This document shows positions 6,704 through 17,700 of a DNA stretch of 42,348 nucleotides, one piece after another (the stretch's first letter is position 1; each line of letters starts with the position of its first letter). Origin of the DNA: Candidatus Woesearchaeota archaeon. Its GTDB lineage: Archaea > Nanobdellota > Nanobdellia > CAYMVK01 > CAYYFB01. A program made the position numbers and the translations under genes. The stretch covers positions 1 through 42,348 of the forward strand of contig CAZUOK010000001.1 in NCBI GenBank assembly GCA_964622145.1. Direction: 5' to 3'. A model generated the notes under the pieces. The model worked only from the letters and a program-made list of their open reading frames with translations. It was not told the DNA's origin and made no database searches.

Positions 6704-8446
6704 TCACCACCCCTGCATTGCTAACCAAAAGTTTGCAAACACCTTGTATATCATGTTCATTATGGCTTTAACAAAGGATTCCAAGTTTGGAAGGAGATTG
6801 TATGTTGATTCTTCTGAGTAGCTCCAGTAGTCCCTAACTTTGAAGTAATATCTGTCCGTTATGCTGCCGTTTATCAAGAAGACAAACTTCTCACCATTCT
6901 TGTCCTCCCCCTCAAAGTACATCGAATAGTTCCCAACATATCCAGAGAAGTTTATGTACTTGTATTCTGGGGCATAAAGGGGATTCCCTGTTGGTATGAC
7001 AGTTATCTTCAACCATCCAGTCCCATTTGATTTTAGCTCAACAATCTTCTTTACCTTTGTAGCAAAGCTCTCATTGGATGAAAGATTGTATATCTGGGTT
7101 GGGACGAAGACATCCAAGCCGTTTTCCTCCACTATCCTAACAGTTGCATGATCTAGAGATACATTGTCAGAATTCTTTAAATACATTGTGAGATTGTAAG
7201 GAATCCCAGCATATGGGAACTCATCAGTTTTGTTTCCATTTATGTAGATCTCAGGTATAACAATTGGCTTCAACTCAAATGTCCTTGAGTCTTTGTTATC
7301 AGCCTCATTACACTCCGCTATGATATCTCCATAATCCACGGTAAACTCTATGACATACCAGCCACTATGAGCTTTTGCGGTCCAATTGAAGGAATACGTC
7401 CTAGAATCCCCAGGGTTAAAGTCATCGGATATCTGAATATCCTTTTCAAAGACAACTTGGGAAGGATTTGACGAATTGTATATCTTTACATGGACAACGA
7501 AGTCTGTTGTTACCGCAACGTTTCCCCCATATATTTCATAAGGAGTATCCCTGTAGTTCTGGATTTTGAAGGATACCTCGAGAGTTTGACCGTAATAGAT
7601 TGGATTAGGGGAAAGGGAGGTTATCGAGATCTTTAGGTTTGCCCCTATACATATTGGATATCCAAAGCCGTTTACCACAACATACTTTGTATAAGTATAC
7701 TGATCGTTAACTGGAGAAACTCCAGCGTCAAGGGACAATGGGAAATTACCCTCAACCGGGACAATAACCCCACTGTTACAGGTCATTCCAAACTCATCAT
7801 CACAGATACCAACCACCATCCTCCTGTCATTACTAACACCAAAAGTTGAATCGGATGCAGACTTTGAGAATGATCCTGAAGATGTCTGAAATGTTATTGT
7901 TGGTGTTTCAACGGATATCGTGTTCGTGGATTGATCGTAGCTTCTTCTAACATCGTAACTCCCCCTTAGATACCCGGAAGCTAGTACAAAGTTTGAAAGG
8001 GTTGATGGAGTTGAAGAATCTTCATAAGCAACATAAACCCTTCCAGGAAATGCTGCGAAATATACTGGAGGTGTTGTGGTTAGGGTTATTGGGGAAAAAG
8101 TAAGATCTGCAGGACTCGTATAATAACAACCGGGGGAAGAGGTCAAACTTGTATAAGAGAGGGGCTCTGTATCAGACTTGTAAGTTATTAAGACGTATTT
8201 CCAAGTTCCTTGGACGTTTATCGCGTAAGCAGCACCAACGTACTTCTGTCCAACATCACATATCTCTATACCAACGTCCGGATTCTCATCAACCGCATCC
8301 AAATACCATGTACCTGGATCCGTGGAGGTACCAGTGAAGTATAGAGAAACCGTATTTAGGGAACCATCAACAATTCTTGCAGATACCGAGAATACGAGAG
8401 GTGTTAACATCCAGAGCACCACCCACCTCCAGTCCATGTCCACCAC
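6704..8446 (-). CDS. Secreted surface protein P580 with CARDB domain
   Basis: 580 codons with a GTG start at 8446 (alternative ATG at 8437). The hydrophobic N-terminus is WRWVVLWMLTPLVFSVSA. The CARDB-like module runs ISITSLSPNPIYYGQTLEVSFKIQNYRDTP ... ECNEADNKDSRTFEL. Next comes a module I-x-G-x-KT-x-EF..PYNLT...V-x-I-x-EENG-x-x-VFVP that is shared with 8447..10090. The start abuts the stop of the upstream gene, so they are operonic. Confidence 0.85.
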   Translation of the reverse strand: MVDMDWRWVVLWMLTPLVFSVSARIVDGSLNTVSLYFTGTSTDPGTWYLDAVDENPDVGIEICDVGQKYVGAAYAINVQGTWKYVLITYKSDTEPLSYTSLTSSPGCYYTSPADLTFSPITLTTTPPVYFAAFPGRVYVAYEDSSTPSTLSNFVLASGYLRGSYDVRRSYDQSTNTISVETPTITFQTSSGSFSKSASDSTFGVSNDRRMVVGICDDEFGMTCNSGVIVPVEGNFPLSLDAGVSPVNDQYTYTKYVVVNGFGYPICIGANLKISITSLSPNPIYYGQTLEVSFKIQNYRDTPYEIYGGNVAVTTDFVVHVKIYNSSNPSQVVFEKDIQISDDFNPGDSRTYSFNWTAKAHSGWYVIEFTVDYGDIIAECNEADNKDSRTFELKPIVIPEIYINGNKTDEFPYAGIPYNLTMYLKNSDNVSLDHATVRIVEENGLDVFVPTQIYNLSSNESFATKVKKIVELKSNGTGWLKITVIPTGNPLYAPEYKYINFSGYVGNYSMYFEGEDKNGEKFVFLINGSITDRYYFKVRDYWSYSEESTYNLLPNLESFVKAIMNMIYKVFANFWLAMQGW

Positions 8447-10090
8447 CTACACGAGGGAGTAATAGGATGAATACAGCACTTGATTTAAGGATGTTACGAA
8501 CACCTTTATGCTGTCTATCAGGGAGGTTGGGACGATCCCAAAGTAGGATCTCCCACCCTTGAAATCAAGATTTGGATTTATACTAAAGGGAATTTCCGTA
8601 ACCAAAGCACCATACTGGTCGTAGACCCTCATGTAGACCTTTGAGGAAACCCTTCCATAGCTCGTTGGTGTCACAACAGCAACATCCCCATCTTTGAAAT
8701 AGAAGGATGTAAAGCTCCTGTTTGAATTTGTTATTACGTCTGGATTTACCGTTGGGTTGAAGACAAGATATCCGTCTACCTCACTGAAAGTTACGGTCGC
8801 ATTTGGATAATATATATTTAAAAATATTATGTTCGGGGCCCCCGTCTTTAGGGTGGCATTTTGGTAATACTTTCCATCCGAGTAATTGTATATAGAGTAC
8901 GTTCCATCCTCATATACCTCAACCCTGTATATCCAAGCCCTCTCCTCATAGCTCAACCACTTGTACAAGGTATAGGCTATCTGCATCATGGCAACAACCG
9001 AAACCTTTACATTGTCCGCAAGTTTGCTAGGAGAGATATACTTCTTCTGTCTGACAAGCTCATCCGAATACAGGACGCTGAGGTTTAACCTCCTCGTTAT
9101 GTCAAGATCCGAGTAGTACACACCAACAGCTATGGAATATGGAGGGGTATCTGAATATCTGCTCTCCCCATACTTTGTTGGGACCACAACGAATTGTGCA
9201 TAACCATTTGAATCCGTAAGTGCGTAAGAAACCCCCCTTGATATTATCCCGGACAGCCTCACAGGGACGAAGATGTTGTGCCCATTCTCTTCAAATACAG
9301 TCACCGTTAGGTTTGGTAGTGGTTCCCCAGTGTATAAGTGTGTTGCCCTTATCGTTAAATTGTAGGGAAGGGCTGTTTGTTGGAATTCTGTTGTCTTTTG
9401 ACCGTCAATCCAAACATCCAACTTTACGGGCACTTCCTCCGAGAGTATGTAGAAGTAGTACGTCTTTTCCAAAGGCAAAAGTAACTGGGCATGGCAGATG
9501 GTGTTATTGTAGCAGGTATACCTTCCAAGCTTGACAAAGAATACTGGGACATATCCGTTGCTTCCGTTGTACTTCAGAACACAGTTTTCTATATTGAAGT
9601 TTGTCAAGGTGCACATCCCCTGGTAAAGCTTCCCAGCAATCTTCACAGTTCCGGGATATGTGTATGTCTTCTTTGGGCTGTCACTCCATACATTGTAGTT
9701 TGGGTGGAAAATTTGAAAGTTTTCTTGGTTGAATACCCCATTTTCTTCAAGATCTTGAGGATACAAATTTTCCAGTTTAGTTTGATTAAAGGTAACATTC
9801 TCAGGAATCACCGCAAGCCAGTGCTTCCCATCGTTTAGGTTTTCCCCGGGGAGTATCATAAAAACAATTTCTGAGGTTGATCCGAAGGTGTAATCTCCAA
9901 TAGAATTTGCAGTTTCATCAAGATAGCCAGAAAGATTTATTATTATCCCTCCCCACCTACTCGTCTGCACTTCAACCGTCTTGAATTTAGGCAAGATTAT
10001 GTTACCAGCCTCCACTTCGATTTGGGAAAGCACACTTGAGGATAATACGAGAAACAGAGTAATTGATAAGATCAACCTAACCCTTCTCAC
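8447..10090 (-). CDS. Secreted surface protein P547 (N-terminal S-module-like domain plus EENG module)
   Basis: 547 codons with a GTG start at 10090 and a GGGGG run about 10 nt upstream. Signal peptide is MRRVRLILSITLFLVLSSSVLS. The N-domain (VEAGNI...SRWGGIIINLSGYL...AQLLLPLEKTYYFYILSEE) resembles the S1/S2 module. Then comes WIDGQKTTEFQQTALPYNLT...VTVFEENGHNIFVP, as in P580. Confidence 0.85.
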   Translation of the reverse strand: MRRVRLILSITLFLVLSSSVLSQIEVEAGNIILPKFKTVEVQTSRWGGIIINLSGYLDETANSIGDYTFGSTSEIVFMILPGENLNDGKHWLAVIPENVTFNQTKLENLYPQDLEENGVFNQENFQIFHPNYNVWSDSPKKTYTYPGTVKIAGKLYQGMCTLTNFNIENCVLKYNGSNGYVPVFFVKLGRYTCYNNTICHAQLLLPLEKTYYFYILSEEVPVKLDVWIDGQKTTEFQQTALPYNLTIRATHLYTGEPLPNLTVTVFEENGHNIFVPVRLSGIISRGVSYALTDSNGYAQFVVVPTKYGESRYSDTPPYSIAVGVYYSDLDITRRLNLSVLYSDELVRQKKYISPSKLADNVKVSVVAMMQIAYTLYKWLSYEERAWIYRVEVYEDGTYSIYNYSDGKYYQNATLKTGAPNIIFLNIYYPNATVTFSEVDGYLVFNPTVNPDVITNSNRSFTSFYFKDGDVAVVTPTSYGRVSSKVYMRVYDQYGALVTEIPFSINPNLDFKGGRSYFGIVPTSLIDSIKVFVTSLNQVLYSSYYSLV

Positions 10091-10122
10091 ACTGTTCCTT
10101 AACCCCCTTATTTTTTAAAGGA

Positions 10123-11769
10123 TTACTCACTTCCGAGGCGTAGGAACCTTATCACAACGAAGAGTACCACAAGTAATATCACAACTATGGCAACCGTTCT
10201 TATATCAATACCTTCTATTCTCTTCACCTCTATTCCTTTGAATATCTTTTCAGAATATTTAGTCAATATCTCCTCCTCTGGACCATAGTATAACCTTATT
10301 TTTATGTTTGAATTCCTTCTAAAATCCTCTTCATCCAAATATATCTTAAATGTTATTATATTCTCCCCTTTCTTCAACCTCGTGGGCTTTTTCGTCAGAG
10401 TGTAGCTCTTCCCAGCAATCGTTATCCCATACAATTCCGGTTTCAGCCACACGTACTCATTCGGATTGTACACCTTTATCCAGAGAAGCTCCTTATCCTT
10501 GTCATAATAGAGACCTTCCAATTCAACACTCTTTGAAAATGTTAAGGATGCTTTTTCAGGATAAAAGGTAAACAGTCCTTCCTCATTTCTTATCTGTCTG
10601 TCCAAAGTATCATATCCATAATAAACCCAGACCTCTGTGTAGTTTATCCAGCTGAAGTTTGCATAAAATGGTATTGAAAAGACCTCTCCAGGGAGTATCT
10701 TATGGGTTTCAGGATCTGTAAACGTAAGCTCCTTATCCCCAACAACCCTAACACCAAATATCCTAAAGTTTTCTTCAACATTACCCTTATTTTCAAGGAT
10801 TAGAAGAACTGTATTATTTCCAAAAAGTATCTTTTTTACTCTAAGATCATGTATCATGTAGTCGGTTGGTCTTGATGGCAAGGTAAGTAATTTTCCCCTC
10901 AGATAAGGATCTCCTGTCACCATCCTACCAATCCTTGCAACAACCCCTATGGTATTTCCAGACATCTCCCTTATCCTCCTCCCCCTATCCACATTCTCAG
11001 GACCTATCACCTCAACAACCCTTACCCCCAAATCCGTCAGAAATTCTGCTATCCCCCTCAGATCGTCGCTCAGTAACAATATTGGAACACCGGCCTCAAA
11101 CATGCCCTTTGTTATATATTCTCCACTTACCAGGATTATCCAGTCCCCCTTTCTGTAAGCTCTCTTCACGATTTCCTTGTTGTTTTCATATATCCCCTTG
11201 TTTAAAACCTCATACCTATTCTTTATCTTCTTCCAGGGCTGAGTGAGGAAGTCCCCATAGAATATAACTGGCTTATCCTTATTCTTGTTCAAAAATTCTA
11301 TTAGTGCTTTTTCATCATCCTCATCATAAAACAGTACCCAGTATTTCTTCCTTACAGCATAGGGAAATACTGAGATAGCATCGTAAGCAAAATCTTTCCT
11401 TACAACTATAAATCCCTCAACCCTAGGACTTATCATTTCATATAGGGAATACTGAAGATCTTTGTAATCTTTAAATCTTACATAGTGTATCATTGAGAAT
11501 CCGTAATTCATCATGGAAGACTTCAGATCTTCTATCACAGGCTTATCCATGCTCTCAAATATTGTGTAAGATTTTGTTCTGTCCAAAGTTCTCAACATCA
11601 AATCAAGATCTCCAAGGCTTGTCACATAATTAAAGTCTTCTCCAGAAAACTTCGAGTAAAGTGTTAAGATGTAACAATCCCTCCAAGACTGGGAATTCAC
11701 GATTATGTACGACTCTGCAGTGGTTATCATGATTAAGGAGAGGAATAGAGATAGCAGCATTCTCCTCAT
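10123..11769 (-). CDS. Membrane-anchored surface protein P2; paralog of 2186..3829
   Basis: 548 aa with signal peptide MRRMLLSLFLSLIMITTAES. The N-domain starts YIIVNSQSWRDCYILTLYS (compare IVVINSKDWKDVYSGILYA in P1). Shared motifs include VEVIGPENV vs VTVIGPQLT. Two Ig-like modules follow, then a C-terminal TM (VAIVVILLVVLFVVIRFL). This is the first gene of the minus-strand operon. Confidence 0.85.
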   Translation of the reverse strand: MRRMLLSLFLSLIMITTAESYIIVNSQSWRDCYILTLYSKFSGEDFNYVTSLGDLDLMLRTLDRTKSYTIFESMDKPVIEDLKSSMMNYGFSMIHYVRFKDYKDLQYSLYEMISPRVEGFIVVRKDFAYDAISVFPYAVRKKYWVLFYDEDDEKALIEFLNKNKDKPVIFYGDFLTQPWKKIKNRYEVLNKGIYENNKEIVKRAYRKGDWIILVSGEYITKGMFEAGVPILLLSDDLRGIAEFLTDLGVRVVEVIGPENVDRGRRIREMSGNTIGVVARIGRMVTGDPYLRGKLLTLPSRPTDYMIHDLRVKKILFGNNTVLLILENKGNVEENFRIFGVRVVGDKELTFTDPETHKILPGEVFSIPFYANFSWINYTEVWVYYGYDTLDRQIRNEEGLFTFYPEKASLTFSKSVELEGLYYDKDKELLWIKVYNPNEYVWLKPELYGITIAGKSYTLTKKPTRLKKGENIITFKIYLDEEDFRRNSNIKIRLYYGPEEEILTKYSEKIFKGIEVKRIEGIDIRTVAIVVILLVVLFVVIRFLRLGSE

Positions 11770-11784
11770 AACTAAGGAGCTTCA

Positions 11785-14700
11785 ATGAAAAACGTATTTA
11801 AACATAACTGTGAAAGATATTTAAAGAAGGATGAAATTTGGGGGTGTTTGATGGAGATTTGGAAAATTATTCCTGTTGCTTTCATGATCTTTCTCCTCCT
11901 CCCTATCAACATAGCCGCACTTAATTTGACAAATTCCACAAATAAAACAGCTTCTTCGAGGAAATTCTACGAGATTTTCTTTGAAAATCCTGAGAGACAG
12001 TGTAAAGGAAGTGTGGCTATTTATGGAAGGGTCCTTGAGAATGGGAAGGGGTATACAGGACCCATAGAGATTTCTGTAAATGGGACACTGTACCAAGTTT
12101 ACTCGGAGAATGGGAGATTTAAGATGCCTATAGAACTTGAAACTGGGAGATATGAAATAATTGGAAGTATTGGGGGTTACTCGAGCAGGACCTTCATAGA
12201 AGTAGTAAATTGTGGAGAAGTTAGGTTGTACTACAATTCCTCTTGCGAGCAGGTTACTTTCTGGGGATACGCAAAGATAAACGGAGAGAATTATACGGGA
12301 TTTGGAAGACTAATTGTAAATGACTCCGAGATTCAAGTTGAATTCCTGAATGGGAACATGATACCTTACTCCACAACCCTTCTCCCCGGAAGGTACAAAG
12401 TTTCTTTGGAGGTCCTCGGCATAAGAGATACAAAAATTATTATTGTTCAATTGTGCAAACCAACACTTGTTGTTAACAATTATACTATTTGTGCGCAATT
12501 TGACAAACCATTTATTGTTGTAATAGGGAATAACACGTATGATGTTAAGGGAAAATTCTGCAGGGAACTGCCACCTGGAAGGTACAATGTAACGGTTAGA
12601 TGGGATGAAGGATCTATTTCAAGCGAGGTATTTCTACCAAGGATTGATATAAAGATGAGGAAAGTGTACTCACCAAGAGAGAGCATTTTATTTAAAGTGT
12701 TCTCAGACATCTACCCCGTTTGTTATCAGATACCAGAGATAGGAATATCCAAGTGTACAAACCACACAACGATAAGGATTGGGAAGCTAGAAGAAGGGAA
12801 CTACACATTAGTGATAAAGGTTGGGGATGTTACATTAAAGAGATACTTCAGGGTCTTCAGGAAGGTAATAAGAAAGATATTTGGAGAACATGAGTTCATC
12901 ATAGAAGGGAATGTTAGTGTTGAGAAGGTTGGGGAAAAATATGTATTGAAAGGCTCTGGCTTTGTTTCTCTGAACCTCACCTCAAACCCCTTCATTATAT
13001 CGTACGCTTGGGAAAGGGCTGGAAAAAAGTATAAGCCTCTAAACCTTTCCTTCGAAATAAATGGAACAAAGGAGATTATTCTTCCTAGGAGGTCTAGGTT
13101 TGATGTTGGGGTTGTAAAGAAGGGGAGCATTGCTGAAGTAATAGCGGAGCATAGAAAAATGTTTTTGAAGGTTATTGGGGGTACATTTGACAAGGTATTT
13201 GTTGTGGATCCCGAGAGTATACCTGAGAAACCAAGAGAATTCCCAAATAAATTATTAAAAGTTTATATAAGGACAAACGAATCGAAAGTAAGACTTTATT
13301 TGAGTAAGAAGTACAGGTACCCAGAAGTTTGGAAGTTCAACCCAAAGAGGTTTGAGTGGAGGAAGATAGGGTATTCTATAGAAGGGGATTATATTGTTGT
13401 TACTCTTGAGGATGGAGGTCCCTTCGACGAGGATGGAGAAAAAAATGGAGTAATTGTTGATGATATTGGAATAACAACAAGTTGGTGGAACGAGAGCTGG
13501 AAGTGGAGAAGGATATACAATATAACTTCATCAAAGAATCAGAATATAACAGGTTTCCCAGCCTACATTATAGTAAACACCAGCAAACTAATCTCTGAGG
13601 GAAAGATGAGGGGTGATTGTGGGGACGTAAGATTTACCTTCTGGAATAGGACGAGCAATTCTGAAGAGGAAATCCCCTATCTCTTTGTTGGACCCTGTAA
13701 TTCAAGTCATTCCCTAATCTGGTTTAGATTACCAGTTCTCTATGATAACTCCACAAGCACAACAGTTTTTATGTACTTTGGAAATCCAAATGCAACAGAT
13801 AACAGTGATCCCCAAGCAGTTTTCCCAGGATTAAGGGCATACTGGGCATTTGAGGAAGGTAGTGGGAACGTTACGAAAGATTACTCAGGAAACAACTTTG
13901 ATGGAGTATTGACGGATGTTGCGGGTGGAGATCCCCCACTTTGGAGGAATACATCTTCCTGTGTTGTAGGATATTGTATTGAGAGTGATGACATTGGGGA
14001 TGCTGTGAATCTCAGCTATTTGGCAGTCAATGGTCTTGATAATGTTACATTTGAGGCTTGGATAAAGACAACAGATAACAGGTGGGGTTTAATAAGCGGG
14101 GCAAATTCTGGACAAGACAACGAATATCTTATCTATCTTGAGACAACTCCAGAGCTTAGACTGTATATAAAGGGATCATATGATGGTGTACCTCCAGGAA
14201 GCCTCACTGATGGTAATTGGCATCACCTCGTTGTTGTTAGAAATTCTGATGGAACGGCGGAATTTTATCTCGATGGCTCCCTCCTGGGGACGGTCTCAGG
14301 ACTAAGAACAGGAACGCTTACTATAGATCCAAATGGGCTCTGGTTGCTCCAGGAACAAGATTCCGTTGGAGGGTCATGGGACACTACACAAGTATTTATA
14401 GGATTGGTAGATGAGGTTAGAATATACAACAGATCCCTCTCTCAAGACGATATCCAAAAAAGGGTAACAAACTATACAAAGACACTTGTTCTCGAAGAAT
14501 ATCTAGCAAAATTGAATGTAACTATAGATTATCCATCCGAAGGATTTGTTGCAATAAGATATGAACCCTTCTGGTTAAATGGGACTGTGCATTGTGTTAG
14601 AGGAAATTGTAGCAACGTATCCGTTTACGCTCAATACATAGAACCCACTGGAATATCTGGGGAAGTTATCGAGGATACACAGCAAGATTTCATAAATTAT

Positions 14701-17700
14701 TCAGAAAAAGTAAACGTATCAATATTTGACTACCTAAAACTCCAACCCGAGACTGGGAAAAGTTGGTGGAATGAGAGTTGGAGGTATAGGATGAAGATAA
14801 ACATATCTTATACGGGACAAGGAAATTTGACGGAGTACACTGTCAACGTAACAATTGACACACAATCACTAATAACACAAGGAAAGATGAGTCCAAATTG
14901 CTCCGATATTGTTTTTACATACTACAACCAAACGACGGAGAGCGAATACGAAATTCCTTACTGGATAGAATCGGGTTGTAACACAACAAACACAGTAATC
15001 TGGGTAAGAGTTCCTCTGATAAGAAACTCCACAAATGAAACCATTTACATGTACTATGGGAATCCAAATGCGAAAATATACTATGATCCCGACGATGTCT
15101 TCGAATATTTTGTAAATTTCACGAAGCTTGGCGTTCAATCTGCGTATGGTTCTGGCCAAGACATTACCCCAAACAACTGGGAGATTGTTAATGACACCAT
15201 TCTGCATCTCTGGGGAAACAACTGGAAAGGTGTTTATTACGGTCCAATAAAGATAGAGGGGGATGGTTCCCAGATACTGGAACTCTACATGAACGGTACA
15301 GATACCGCTGAGATATATGGAGTAGGATTCGATGTAGATCTTGACAATGTGAATGATGCCCGAGGATCCTTCTACAAGTTTGCTGGGTCACAAGCATGGG
15401 GACTAACTCCAGACCAAAGCTACACAAACTTTGGGAATTGGCAGAGAGTTTACGCAATTTTGGATGATTTTTCTGGTCAGTATTTATACTTTATCTTCTC
15501 AAACGATGACGATGCGGACTCAAACGGAAATGTCTGGTATAAGAACGTTAGGGTGAGGAAATACGCAACACCAGAACCAACAGCAACAGTGATTGGGGAG
15601 GAAGTATTGAGTATAAGGCCATCTGGATACTACATCTCAAAGGTAATTGACTTGGGTTCTCAAGATGTCAGGTTTGGGAACATATATTGGATTGCAAAGG
15701 TACCACAAAACACTTCCCTCAAGGTTTATACAAGGAGTTCAAGTGATGGGGTTGCTTGGTCCGTGTGGTACGAGGAGATCAACAACACGGATGTGAACGC
15801 TCCGGACGCAAGGTACATCCAATATAAAGTTGAGATGACAAGTCAGGATCCAAACAAGACCCCAATCTTTGACAAAATTGTTATAGAATACACGTACACC
15901 GCCCCGAAATTCAAAGATATGAAATCTTCCGGAACCCCATTCACAACCACAAATCCGTACGACTGTGGTGTACTTGATCAAACAAACAACGTTTGTTACC
16001 CATCCTTCCAGGTAACCCCAACGGAGAAAGGGAACTTCACATTAAGATTGCTCGCAAACTCCACGGACACGAACATAGAGCCGGCGGAATCCCAGTGGGT
16101 TAACATAACAGTTTATGAGAGGACATACATAACGGATTTCAAGATACAACCCTCCGTTCAATATAAGGGAGGTTCTGTAACAATTTCTGTAAGACTTCTT
16201 GATGCATCCTCAAATCCCATCCCAAATCAGAACATAACCTTTACGGATGAAACGGATGGAACAACGATTGGATCAGTCCTAACAGACTCTAACGGATACG
16301 CTGTTATCCAATACAACATCCCAAGAAACGCTTCCTTAGGCTATCACACAATAAGGGCAGACTATCCTGGGAATTCATCCCTATTCTATTACTCCTCCTG
16401 GTCAACGGAACAACTTAAAGTATCGAGCTCTCCACAGTTCTGGGAAATAGGAACAAACGATACCTACATAGGGACAGGGGAAAGAGTCAAGATCTTCGCA
16501 AACGTAACGGACGAAGTTGGACTGGACACAGTCCTTGTGTTTATAACATATCCTAATGGAACAGAAGTCAATAGGACAATGACTTACAACAAGGCTTCAG
16601 GATACTACGAATACGTTACGGAAAAGCTTTGGGAAAAGGGGAATTATTCATTCTATATATGGGCAAACAACACTGATGGAATAGAGAACAAGTCATGGAC
16701 GGAGAACTTCTATCTGAAGATTGTTGGTAGGCTGGATGTGTCAACAGAGAAAGAGAAGTACAAGAACTTTGAGATATTGCATCTCTCAAACATGAATAGG
16801 GAGTGGGACATGCCAGGATATGCTTATAGAAGATGGTTGAGCATATATTCAAATCAAACGGAATGGGGAACAGCTGTTCTAAGGGTTGACACAAAGTCTT
16901 TAATATCAGAAGGGAAGATGAACCCGGACTGCTCTGATATAAAGTTTGCAAAGATAACGACGATAGAAGAGATAAAGGTCCATATTGACAACCCCTATGG
17001 AGTTTACAGATCCGACTTCGTTTTCCCAATTGAGATAACAGATAAAAGATTCTTGGGGAAGGTTGATCCAGCAGGTAGGGATATAAGAATATTTACGTAT
17101 AAGACAGACCAGCCCTACTCCCAAGAGCCAGATGTTCCCTTCTGGGTAGAAAGCATAACGAGCTCAAGAGCTAGGATCTGGATAAGACATAACCTCCCAA
17201 TAAACGGTCTTGATCTTTACATATATTATGGAAAGCCTGGAGCGGAAAGCAAGAGTAACTACACCGCGGTGTTCAAGGAAGTTGTTGGGGAGGCTGGGAT
17301 AGTTTATACAAATGACTCTTGGGTCAACTTCTCTTACCTGAATTCAACAGGAGATACCGTGTTTGTGTTCTCAAGCATAAATACATACTATGGAAGTGAT
17401 GAGGCATTCACAAGGATAACAAAGGTAAATTCTTCGGGATTCCATGTCTTGATACAAGAATCTGTTGCTCTAGATCAAAGTCATGCTTATGAAAAGATAG
17501 GCTGGATAGGATTTAGAAAGGGGGCTTGGATTGTCTGTGGTAAAGTGATATACGTAGGGAACGATTCCATAGATTCGAATTACAAAACGGTTACCGTCCC
17601 ATACTCCTTCCAGGATCCTGTCTGGGTAAGCCAGATACAGACCTTCTATGAGACTGATCCTGCCCATACAAGGATGAACAACCCAGGATCAAATTCCATA

